A stretch of DNA of 51,589 nt from Ktedonobacterales bacterium (GTDB lineage Bacteria > Chloroflexota > Ktedonobacteria > Ktedonobacterales > JADMIN01). Both the position numbers and the translations under genes were made by a program. The notes beneath the pieces were generated by a model. That model was not told the origin of the DNA. It ran no database searches and saw only the letters and a list, made by a program, of their open reading frames with translations. Below, piece after piece: positions 26,075-34,180 of this stretch (positions are counted from its first letter, which is position 1; each line of letters opens with the position of its first letter). The stretch covers positions 1-51,589 of the forward strand of contig DASQSS010000229.1 in NCBI GenBank assembly GCA_035642255.1, read 5' to 3'.

Positions 26075-26200
26075 GCGCGTCTGTCGGGCGACTCGCGCGC
26101 CATACCGCCGGTCGGGAATCACACCCTGCCCCGAAGGTCAACCTGTTCATTCAGTTGACGTACTGCTTGTGGCGCGATGACCGCCGCATCACCACGGGCG

Positions 26201-26500
26201 CTAGGCGCTCGCGGGCGACTGCTCCGCCACACTGTAATCATACCGCTCGATCACCGGATTCGCCAAGAGCTTGTCGCACATCTGGCGCACCATCTCTTCG
26301 GCGGCGCTCTGGTCGGTGGCGGTCAGCGTGACCTCCAGATACTTGCCGACGCGCACCCCCGCGACGTCCGTATAGCCAAGCTGCTGGAGGCCGTGCAGCA
26401 CAGCCTCGCCCTGAGGGTCGAGCACGACCGGCTTCAGCGTCACATGGATGCGTGCCAGCCAGGTCACTCCCGTTGGCGCCGCGCTCGTGGCGTCTTGCAT
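26201..26500 (-). CDS. purS: Phosphoribosylformylglycinamidine synthase subunit PurS
   Basis: ARIHVTLKPVVLDPQGEAVLHGLQQLGYTDVAGVRVGKYLEVTL...ANPVIERYDY is the classic PurS fold sequence. No purQ or purL is adjacent. Confidence 0.9.
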   Translation of the reverse strand: MQDATSAAPTGVTWLARIHVTLKPVVLDPQGEAVLHGLQQLGYTDVAGVRVGKYLEVTLTATDQSAAEEMVRQMCDKLLANPVIERYDYSVAEQSPASA

Positions 26501-26539
26501 GCGTTATCTCTCTCTCGATACTTCTGATGTTCGGGAGTG

Positions 26540-26887
26540 TCAGCGCCCACCCCGCGCGGCGCGGCATTCGTCGCACTCGCAGGTCGCGCGCAGCCGCTCG
26601 TACGTATAGATGCCGGTGTGGTGGCCATCGCCCCAGACGGGGGTCAGACCATATCGCCCGACAGGTTGTAGCTCATAGAGGATCGTCTGCTGCTCGGTGA
26701 ACTGCGTCGTGGCATCCACGCTGCCCTTCTGGCCGCCCTCACCCGCGCACCACGCGCATGGGCAGCCACGTCGCAGCGCGTCGTAGCCATGTTCGCTGGC
26801 GTGTCCGTCTGACCAGTCTATCAGCAGTCGCCGCTGGTCCTCGTCCATTGTGTAGGACAGCGGCGTTACATCGTTAGGCAATCGCAT
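26540..26887 (-). CDS. DUF971 domain protein (gamma-butyrobetaine-hydroxylase-like N-terminal Zn-ribbon domain)
   Basis: LLIDWSDGHASEHGYDALRRGCPCAWC...LQPVGRYGLTPVWGDGHHTGIYTYERLR matches the DUF971 pattern. Confidence 0.75.
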   Translation of the reverse strand: MRLPNDVTPLSYTMDEDQRRLLIDWSDGHASEHGYDALRRGCPCAWCAGEGGQKGSVDATTQFTEQQTILYELQPVGRYGLTPVWGDGHHTGIYTYERLRATCECDECRAARGGR

Positions 26888-26941
26888 GGTATCGTGTCCA
26901 GATTTCTCTCTTGCCGGAATATCCGGCAGGCGCGAGCCGCA

Positions 26942-28420
26942 TTAGCCGTCAATCGCGGCGCCGGATGCGCTCTCTGTCAGTATACCCCCAGGCGCTTGTT
27001 GACTGCGCCGAGCGACCATCCAACGCGCCCAGCGTCCGCCGAAGAGCAGCGCCACGCAGACTGCCAGCGTTACCACCTCGCAGACGATGTTGGTCTGAAT
27101 CCACGGCGCAACCCAGCCGTTGTAGTTGTTTGCCTCCAGCCCATACTCACTGACGAGCGCGCAAGCGGTGATGGTGAGTGGCGCCAGCCAGAGCGCCATC
27201 CACCCACCCCAGGCGTCCCGCGAGATGGGTGGCTGCCCGTCAGACGTGTGGGGCATGGAGGCCAGCGCCCAGACCGTCGCGAAGAGCGCACTCTCCAGAA
27301 AGTAGTACGGCCACAGCGTCTTGATGAGCAGCGCGAAGCAGAGGCTCGCCACCGTGAGCAGCCCGTAGACGTCTGGCATGTTCAGATCGAGATCGCTGCG
27401 CACGATATGCGCCAGCAACACGAGGAGCGCCGCGAAGAGCAGGGTGAAGAGGGCGTCGAACCGTTGGGCGATGGCGACGAAGGTGGCCGCATCGCTGACG
27501 CTCCAGAAATCACCGCCGCCGACCGGCAGCGCGCCGCGAAAGGTGAAGAGCGAGAAGATCACGTCGCGTCCATCCGCCAGCAGGAATGGCGCAAGCCCCA
27601 GCGCCACGGTCGCGCCTGTCGCCAGCAGCGTCAGCAGCGCGCCACGCCAGCGCCGCCAGACCAGCAGCGTGAGACCGAGCGCTAGCACGATCAGCGTAGC
27701 GTCGCTGCGCGCGAGCAGCGCCAGGCCGAGCAGTGCGCCGCCGCGCACATAGCGCGTATCCGCCAGCATGCGTGTTGACGCGAGCGCCAGCCACACGACA
27801 ATGGTCTGCTCGATGTGACCGTAGTAGAGCGCGTCGAGCCAGAGCAGCGGAGAGAGGACGAGGGGCAGGGCCAGCAGCGCCCGCGACACGCCACGCAGTG
27901 GCGGCCCGAAGCGATCCACCGCGCGGACGCCTTCCCAGCCAACCAGCAGCGGGAACGGCGCGCATACCGCGAACACCAGCATGCGGCGCAACATCGGGTC
28001 GCCGAGCCAGCCGCGCGCTTGCGCCAGCCACGCCGCGAGCGTCAGCGGGAGCAGGCTCAGTGGGCCGTTGGCGTTGGGATAGATCGTGCCGAGGCGCAGC
28101 GTGTAGACATCGAGTGGGCGTCCGGTCAGCGCGATGTGCGTGGCTGGCAGGAAGAAGATGTCGAGGTCGGTCGGATTCACTTTGTCGAACGCGGTCAGCG
28201 CCCAGAGCAGGTAGTACGCCGCCACAGCCACCGCGAGTGACAGCCGCCAACGCCAGCGCAGAGGCAGCCGCAGATCCAGCTTACCGCGCGTCGAGATGGC
28301 TGGCGCGCGGCTGGCAGGCTCAGGCGTCTCACGCCGCTCGATGATCACCGCGCTCTCCCCCGACGCTGATCGCAATAACCGCACGTTTACGCGCTCCGTT
28401 CCGTCCTCCGATGGCGTCAT
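26942..28420 (-). CDS. Polytopic membrane protein, GT-C-type glycosyltransferase-like (GT87/DUF2029-like)
   Basis: 492 aa with at least 10 hydrophobic segments. The first loop is FDKVNPTDLDIFFLPATHIALTGRPLDVYTL...YPNANGPLSLLP, resembling DUF2029/GT87 mannosyltransferase-like proteins. This is a family call from memory only. Confidence 0.45.
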   Translation of the reverse strand: MTPSEDGTERVNVRLLRSASGESAVIIERRETPEPASRAPAISTRGKLDLRLPLRWRWRLSLAVAVAAYYLLWALTAFDKVNPTDLDIFFLPATHIALTGRPLDVYTLRLGTIYPNANGPLSLLPLTLAAWLAQARGWLGDPMLRRMLVFAVCAPFPLLVGWEGVRAVDRFGPPLRGVSRALLALPLVLSPLLWLDALYYGHIEQTIVVWLALASTRMLADTRYVRGGALLGLALLARSDATLIVLALGLTLLVWRRWRGALLTLLATGATVALGLAPFLLADGRDVIFSLFTFRGALPVGGGDFWSVSDAATFVAIAQRFDALFTLLFAALLVLLAHIVRSDLDLNMPDVYGLLTVASLCFALLIKTLWPYYFLESALFATVWALASMPHTSDGQPPISRDAWGGWMALWLAPLTITACALVSEYGLEANNYNGWVAPWIQTNIVCEVVTLAVCVALLFGGRWARWMVARRSQQAPGGILTESASGAAIDG

Positions 28421-28462
28421 GCGAGGGGACGCGCCCAGGCTCGCACCACCTCTTACCCAGGA

Positions 28463-29743
28463 CTACGCTTCACGCGCGCCAATATCACTCCGCCAGCGGG
28501 CTCCATCGAAGCGCACTCGTCCGATGTTGGCGTAGGCCCGCTCGCGCGCCGCAGTGACTGTGGCGCCACGCGCCACGACCGTCAGCGCCCGGCCGCCCGA
28601 GGTCACGAGCCGTCCGTCCGCCTCGCGTTGGGTACCAGCATGGAACACCAGGATATCGTCGTCGAGGGTATCGAGGCCGCTGATCGTTTTACCCTTCGCA
28701 TAGGGGCCGGGGTAGCCGCCCGACGCGACGACGACTCCACATGCCGCCTCGTCGCTCCAGGCGGGCGGCGCGATGCTGTCGAGTTGGCCAGCGGCGACGG
28801 CGGCGCAAAGCTCCAGAAGATCACTCTTGAGGCGCGGCAGTACCACCTGCGTCTCGGGGTCGCCAAAGCGGCAGTTGAACTCGACCACCTTTGGCCCCTC
28901 GTCGGTGATCATCAGCCCGGCGTAGAGCAGGCCGCGAAAGGGCGCGCCGTCCGCCGCGAGCGCCGCGACGGTGGGGCGCAGGATGTCGCGCTCGATCGCC
29001 GCCAGCAGCTCCGGCGTGGCGAACCTCGGCGGCGAATACGCTCCCATTCCCCCAGTATTTGGCCCATCATCGCCGTCATACGCGCGCTTGTAGTCGCAGG
29101 CAGGGGCCAGCGGCATGACCCGCTCGCCGTCGGTCAGCGCGAAGAGCGACAGCTCGATTCCCTGCATGAACTCCTCGATCAGCACACTCGCGCCAGCCGC
29201 GCCGAGCGTGCGCTCCTGCATCAGCGCATCAAGCGCGCGCTGCGACTGGCGCTGGTCATAGCAGATGAAGACGCCTTTGCCAGCGGCCAGCCCATCGGCC
29301 TTGACGACCAGCGGAAAGCCGCCAACCTCCGCCGCGCTCTGGCGTACCCACGCGGTTGCGGCGGCGTGGTCGGTGAAGCGCACCGCTCGGGCCGTCGGCA
29401 CGCCCGCCCGCTCCATGAGCGCCTTGGACCAGAGCTTGCTGCCCTCGATGCGCGCCGCCGCCGCTGTCGGACCGAAGACGGGCAGCCCGCGCGCCGTGAA
29501 GACATCCACGATGCCGCCACTCAGGGGATCTTCTGGCCCGATGACGGTCAGGTCGATCGCGTGGCGCTCGGCCCAGTCAGCGCAGGCGGCGAAGTTCATC
29601 GGGTCCAGGCTGACGTTTTCGGCGATGGCCGCTGTGCCACCGTTGCCCGGCGCGCAGTAGAGCTGGCTGATCCGGGGCGAGCGGCTGAGCGCCCAGCACA
29701 GTGTGTGCTCGCGCGCTCCCGAGCCGATGACCAATACGCGCAT
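28463..29743 (-). CDS. purD: Phosphoribosylamine--glycine ligase PurD
   Basis: [19 protein letters not shown]...LYCAPGNGG...[13 protein letters not shown]...[12 protein letters not shown]...[12 protein letters not shown]. Confidence 0.95.
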   Translation of the reverse strand: MRVLVIGSGAREHTLCWALSRSPRISQLYCAPGNGGTAAIAENVSLDPMNFAACADWAERHAIDLTVIGPEDPLSGGIVDVFTARGLPVFGPTAAAARIEGSKLWSKALMERAGVPTARAVRFTDHAAATAWVRQSAAEVGGFPLVVKADGLAAGKGVFICYDQRQSQRALDALMQERTLGAAGASVLIEEFMQGIELSLFALTDGERVMPLAPACDYKRAYDGDDGPNTGGMGAYSPPRFATPELLAAIERDILRPTVAALAADGAPFRGLLYAGLMITDEGPKVVEFNCRFGDPETQVVLPRLKSDLLELCAAVAAGQLDSIAPPAWSDEAACGVVVASGGYPGPYAKGKTISGLDTLDDDILVFHAGTQREADGRLVTSGGRALTVVARGATVTAARERAYANIGRVRFDGARWRSDIGAREA

Positions 29744-29754
29744 GGCTGTTCTCC

Positions 29755-30810
29755 TCAGTCTCTCGGGGTTTCTGACGCATCATCGGCGTGTCGCATCTGC
29801 GCAAGCGCCTCGCGAGCCAGCGCCGCAGCGTCAGTGTCTCCGCGCTCTGCGAGAGTGGCGAGCGCCGCCAGCGTCGAATCGTCACGCAGCGGCGCGTGGC
29901 TCATGGCCTCAGCTGCGAACCGCGCCGCCTCTGGGTCATCGCTGCGCAGCTCCGCAAGCAGGTACGCGCGATAGCATGCGCTGAATTGCCGCTCGAAGCC
30001 CAGCGTCTGGTCGCACAGATCGCGCAGCCGTTCGCGCTCCGTCGCATCGTTCGGGATGAGGTAGCCCCAGCGCATGCGGCACAGCGTATAGACATCCTCG
30101 ATCAGTCCCGCCCACTCGCCGCCGATGCGCTCGCGGTAGATGCGATGAACATCACTCTTGCGGGCAACGTAGACGCCACATTGTAGCGCAAGCAGACCTG
30201 TCGCGGCCCAGCCGACCAGGCGGATCAGGTCGCGTGTGCAGGGTACATCGTGACCCTCAGCCAGCCGCAGTGTGCGCCGCGTATAGCCACGAAACAGGTC
30301 CGCCGGCTCCGGATACTCGACTGGCAGGGTGATGATCGCTGGCCGCGCGAAGAGCCGGGCGATTCGCCACCACGACGAGTGCATGCGGTCGCGCGTCCAC
30401 ACGGCAATCGGGACGAGAGGCAAACGCTCGCGGATGTCCTCGCCCCAGATGAGCGCGCTGCCCAGCTTGAAGTTTGGGCTGGCGCCCCGCGCGAGTGTCC
30501 GCTCATCCTCGAACTCGATGTCCAGCTCCACCGGGCAACCTTGGACGAGGGACGCGCGTAGCCACTCGGCGCGTTGGCGTTCCTCATCGCTCATCGCGCC
30601 CGCGAAGACCACAGTCAGATCGAGATCGCTGGCGGCGATGGCGCTGGCGTCGGCATAGCTGCCCAGCGCGTACCAGCCGAGAATCCGCGCTGAGAACGCG
30701 TTGTCGAACGTGGTGCGGACATTCGCGAGCGCCAGGTCTACCTGCGCGTCGCCCGTCGTGCGGAGCGCTTCCGCACCCTCGGATGGCTGCCCCATTGTCT
30801 GGCCTACCAT
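29755..30810 (-). CDS. Nucleotidyltransferase-domain protein (ANT/AadA-like N-domain plus helical C-terminal region)
   Basis: Pol-beta-type NT motif WYALGSYADASAIAASDLDLTVVF...ELDIEF. 351 aa. Its ATG overlaps the upstream PIG-L stop (ATGGTAG). Confidence 0.6.
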   Translation of the reverse strand: MVGQTMGQPSEGAEALRTTGDAQVDLALANVRTTFDNAFSARILGWYALGSYADASAIAASDLDLTVVFAGAMSDEERQRAEWLRASLVQGCPVELDIEFEDERTLARGASPNFKLGSALIWGEDIRERLPLVPIAVWTRDRMHSSWWRIARLFARPAIITLPVEYPEPADLFRGYTRRTLRLAEGHDVPCTRDLIRLVGWAATGLLALQCGVYVARKSDVHRIYRERIGGEWAGLIEDVYTLCRMRWGYLIPNDATERERLRDLCDQTLGFERQFSACYRAYLLAELRSDDPEAARFAAEAMSHAPLRDDSTLAALATLAERGDTDAAALAREALAQMRHADDASETPRD

Positions 30811-31544
30811 AGCGGATGGCGCTTGAGCGCGGGCGGCTGCATCATCGGCAGGTAGTGGAACGCCTCGGCGTACTCAACGCCGATCTGCTGGCCGAGCACG
30901 CTCGCGCGGGCGCGCACCCGCTCCGCCACGCCCTCAGCCCGTATCTGGCTGGTGTGCGCCAGAATCGCCGCGATTTTGAGCTCCATCGTCGTTGTAATGT
31001 CGACATAGTAGTTCGGGTTGTCCGTGGCGAAGAAGTAGACGTTGTGGACACGATGCTCGGTCAGGCCATGCGTCAGCTGCTCGGGATAGTACATGTGGTC
31101 GCGCGCGGCGGCGACGGCGTCAAGCGCGGTCTGACCAACGGCCCGGTGGTCGGGATGAATCTGGTAGCGCTGCCAGGGATCGAAGGTTAGCACGACATCG
31201 GGTCGCCCTTCACGGATGACCTGCGATAGCTCCCTGCGAAACGGAATGTTGACCTCGACCTCGCCATCAAGATGACGGAGGAACGTGACCTCCTCGACGC
31301 CCAGAATCTTCGCGGCGGCGAGCTGCTCGGCCTCGCGGGCCGCGGCAAGCTGCTCAGGAGTGGCGCTGCGGTCATCGGTCCCCTTGTCGCCGCTGGTGGC
31401 GAGCACGTACTGCGCGCGGTAGCCGCTCCGGACGAAGCGCGCGATTGTTCCCGAGCAGATGAACTCGGCGTCATCCGGGTGGGCGAAGATCGCCATGACG
31501 CGGGGTCGGGAATCGTGGCTGAGCGTATGCTGAGAGTCGGTCAT
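30804..31544 (-). CDS. PIG-L family (LmbE-like) deacetylase
   Basis: From the ATG at 31544 (GGAGGATAAT RBS): RVMAIFAHPDDAEFICSGTIARF...VLATSGDKGT...HPDHRAVG...AHTSQ. The 105-aa upstream extension in the ORF track was rejected. Confidence 0.85.
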   Translation of the reverse strand: MTDSQHTLSHDSRPRVMAIFAHPDDAEFICSGTIARFVRSGYRAQYVLATSGDKGTDDRSATPEQLAAAREAEQLAAAKILGVEEVTFLRHLDGEVEVNIPFRRELSQVIREGRPDVVLTFDPWQRYQIHPDHRAVGQTALDAVAAARDHMYYPEQLTHGLTEHRVHNVYFFATDNPNYYVDITTTMELKIAAILAHTSQIRAEGVAERVRARASVLGQQIGVEYAEAFHYLPMMQPPALKRHPLW

Positions 31545-32116
31545 GCCGGGATTATCCTCCACAGGGGCAGCTTCGGAGATGTGATCGCTGATGGGCGAAG
31601 GCGCGGCTGCCTCGCATGCGCAAGGCTCCCGCGGCTGTCGCTGCCAGCATACCAGCAGGCGCGCTGATGCGGCAAGGTGGGGCGGATGGAACCAGAAGGC
31701 GCGAGAAGTACGTCGGCCGCCTATCTGCGCCTTGCTTTGACTCTGCAGTGTCCGTGAACTCGAAGAGACGTTCTTCCGTATAGTCCTTATGACGCCTGGC
31801 GTCGTGGCTGGCGCTTCGGCGGGCGCTCGTGGACATCCGGCGGCGCCAGAGCGACCCACCGCGCTCTTGACTCCTTTCTATATGATACGCTACCGTGGCT
31901 GTGCGTGAGCACGCCGCCTCGGCATCCTACGGTGAGGGTAGCGCACTGGCGCATACATGCGCGCTGGGATGGCCTGTGCGTCGACTTCGCGACGCGAGCC
32001 GCCATTCGGCGCGGTTGTATCCGACAGCGCTCTGGTTCGCGATAGAACTGTCGCGACGGCACGCTCAATCTGTGTGACGAGAGATGACCACTGAAGACTA
32101 GAGTGAGGATACGCCG

Positions 32117-33424
32117 ATGAGGCTGATGGCACGGTGGCGTGTGGCGCTGGTTGTGGCGCTGATGGCCGCGACCCTTGTGGCATGCGCTGCGCCGAGTGTG
32201 GTGGTGAAGCAGACGACGCCGGGCGGATCGACGGAGACTGCTCCGAGCGTTAGCTGCGGAGGCTGTTCGGTCTATACTCCTCAGCAGATGCGCGCCGCGT
32301 ACGGCTTGACCTCGCTCTACGACAGTGGCAAACAAGGCCAGGGCCAGACAGTCGTGATCATTGACTCGTATGGCAGCCCGACCCTCCAGCAAGATGTCGC
32401 TACCTTTGATCAGCAATTCAATCTGCCAGCGGTCAAGCTGCAGGTGCTTAGCCCCCTCGGAACAGTTCCCTTCAACCGGAATAATTCGGAGATGCAGGGC
32501 TGGCAGGGCGAAACGACGCTCGATGTCGAGATGGTCCATGCCATCGCGCCGCAGGCCAGCATTGTCGTGCTGACCAGTCCCGTGGACGAGACAGAGGGCG
32601 TCGCTGGCCTGCCGCAGTTCCTCCAACTGGAGCAGTATGCGGTGAGCCATCACCTTGGCTCGATCGTCTCGCAGAGCTGGGCGGCCTCGGAAGTCTCGCT
32701 AAATGATGCGGCTGGCCAGGCTGAGCTGGCGCAGTGGAACACCTTCTATCAGCAAGCGACGACGCAGCAGGGCGTCACATTCTTCGGCAGCTCTGGCGAT
32801 AATGGCGCCACCGACTACACTGACGCCTCGCTCAACAACCTCTCCTCGACGGCGACGACCAGCTTCCCGGATGACAGCCCGTGGGTGACGGCGGTTGGCG
32901 GCACGACGCTCACGCCCAATGGCTCAACCTATAGCGAGGTGGTCTGGAATAGCGGAGGAGGCGCCAGCGGCGGCGGTGTCAGTCAGTTCTACTCCACGCC
33001 GTCGTTCCAGCAGGGGCTGCCGCAAAGCGACCAGCAGATCCTCCACGGCAATCGTGGCGTGCCCGATGTCGCGGCGGCGGCTGACCCCAGCACTGGCCTC
33101 GCGATCTACTACGCTGGCCAGTGGACGTTGGCGGGCGGCACTAGCGCGGCGGCGCCCCTCTGGGCGGGTGTCATGGCCATCGCGGATCAGGTCGCTGGAC
33201 GCCCGCTCGGGTACATCAATCCCGCGCTCTATAAGATCGGCGCGTCGTCGCAGTATCAGAGCGCATTCCATGATGTGACTGAGGGTAACAACAACTTCTC
33301 GGGCAAGGGCGTTCAGGTGCAAGGCTACTCAGCGGCGACGGGCTGGGATCCCGTCACTGGCCTTGGCTCGCCCAATTCCGCCAATCTCATTCCTTTGCTG
33401 ATTCAAGACAGCCAGGCTGGCTGA
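32117..33424 (+). CDS. S53-family serine peptidase (sedolisin/kumamolisin-like), secreted or lipoprotein
   Basis: Signal ending LVACAAP. YTPQQMRAAYGL, QTVVIIDSYG, GETTLDVEMVHAIAP, FGSSGDNGA and GGTSAAAPLWAGVMAI (catalytic Ser context). Confidence 0.85.
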   Translation: MRLMARWRVALVVALMAATLVACAAPSVVVKQTTPGGSTETAPSVSCGGCSVYTPQQMRAAYGLTSLYDSGKQGQGQTVVIIDSYGSPTLQQDVATFDQQFNLPAVKLQVLSPLGTVPFNRNNSEMQGWQGETTLDVEMVHAIAPQASIVVLTSPVDETEGVAGLPQFLQLEQYAVSHHLGSIVSQSWAASEVSLNDAAGQAELAQWNTFYQQATTQQGVTFFGSSGDNGATDYTDASLNNLSSTATTSFPDDSPWVTAVGGTTLTPNGSTYSEVVWNSGGGASGGGVSQFYSTPSFQQGLPQSDQQILHGNRGVPDVAAAADPSTGLAIYYAGQWTLAGGTSAAAPLWAGVMAIADQVAGRPLGYINPALYKIGASSQYQSAFHDVTEGNNNFSGKGVQVQGYSAATGWDPVTGLGSPNSANLIPLLIQDSQAG

Positions 33425-33467
33425 TACAGGCGCAGCGGCGCCATTCACAATGACGCCATTGAGAGAC

Positions 33468-33521
33468 AGATGTGGGCCAGGCGTGAAGCGGGTCATCCCG
33501 ACGCGCGCCTGGCCCACATCT
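33468..33521. terminator. Perfect 16-bp inverted repeat (AGATGTGGGCCAGGCG-N22-CGCCTGGCCCACATCT) between the convergent S53 peptidase and bcp genes
   Basis: Read directly. No clear U-tract. Confidence 0.45.
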
Positions 33522-33552
33522 CATTGCGCTGCGTGAGCGCGCCCGACATTCG

Positions 33553-34041
33553 CTACTTCGGCTGGCTGTTTACCCAGGCGAGTACGTCGGCGGCATGTCC
33601 CTCAGGCTTGACCTTCTCCCAGACGTGGCCAATGGTCCCATCGGGGAGAATCAGAAAGCTGGTCCGCGCCATCGACATGTAGGTTTTGCCATACATGCTC
33701 TTCTCCACCCAGACGCCATAGCGCTGGGCCACCTCGCCGCCGAGATCGGCCAGTAGCGGGAAGGGCAGGTGATATTTGCTGGTGAACTTCTGGTGCGACT
33801 TCACATCGTCGCGGCTAACCCCCAGCACGACGACACCGCGCGCCTGCAGGTCGCCCCAGGCGTCGCGGAAGGCGCAAGCCTCGGTGGTGCAGCCAGGAGT
33901 GTCGTCCTTGGGATAGAAGTAGAGCAGCACGGTCTTGCCGCGCAGATCGGCCAGGTGGACCTCTGAGCCGTCAGTGGCGGGTAGGGTGAAATCAGGCGCC
34001 TCGCTTCCGACGGGTGGAATAGCGGTTTCCGTTTCGGCCAT
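33553..34041 (-). CDS. bcp: Thioredoxin-dependent thiol peroxidase (peroxiredoxin Bcp)
   Basis: GSEAPDFTLPATDGSEVHLADLRGKTVLLYFYPKDDTPGCTTEACAFRD contains the PxxxTxxC peroxidatic motif. Confidence 0.9.
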   Translation of the reverse strand: MAETETAIPPVGSEAPDFTLPATDGSEVHLADLRGKTVLLYFYPKDDTPGCTTEACAFRDAWGDLQARGVVVLGVSRDDVKSHQKFTSKYHLPFPLLADLGGEVAQRYGVWVEKSMYGKTYMSMARTSFLILPDGTIGHVWEKVKPEGHAADVLAWVNSQPK

Positions 34042-34180
34042 GGGCTATCTCTCCTCACATCTCTGGTTCGTCGTGTCTCGCACACTGCTGAGAGTATACT
34101 GCCGTCTCGCCCCTCGCCGTCCATCGCGCCCAGGCTGATTCCAGGCTAATACCAGGCATTCGCTCGCGTTCGTTGGCGCT

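Noticed and set aside
25778-26122. N-terminal 115-aa extension of the ABC permease ORF
   Set aside because: Its composition (RRYGARVARQTRRARERP..., RRRRWRVPR) is junk-like. A good RBS and ATG sit at 25777, and the region folds into riboswitch-like structure. I treated it as a leader.
25778-26200. TPP (thi-box) or ZTP/purine riboswitch, expected from the THI5/NMT1-type cargo and the pur-gene context
   Set aside because: I could not find the TPP hallmarks (CUGAGA ... ACCUGAUCUGGAUAAUGCCAGCG-type box) or the ZTP GGGUCGUGACUGGCG / CCGCCUGGGC blocks. The cobalamin-like blocks fit better. This still needs cmsearch.
28628-29974. 448-aa + strand ORF, and similar long shadow ORFs: 384..977 +, 1128..2120 -, 7063..8001 -, 10663..11568 -, 23895..24893 +, 26894..27685 +, 31787..32653 -, 19424..20200 +
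   Set aside because: Each lies antisense to a gene with unambiguous family motifs (purD, ugd, lgt, DUF427, ftsA, SBP, the GT87-like protein, S53, mutS). Their translations are Arg/Ala/Pro/Gly-rich with no motifs. This is the expected stop-codon-poor antisense frame of a high-GC genome.
29755-31544. PIG-L + nucleotidyltransferase as a toxin-antitoxin (MNT/HEPN-like) or defence pair
   Set aside because: The NT protein is 351 aa with an ANT/AadA-like layout. I see no HEPN Rx4-6H motif in it or its neighbour. The context is biosynthetic (pur genes), with no mobile or defence genes nearby.
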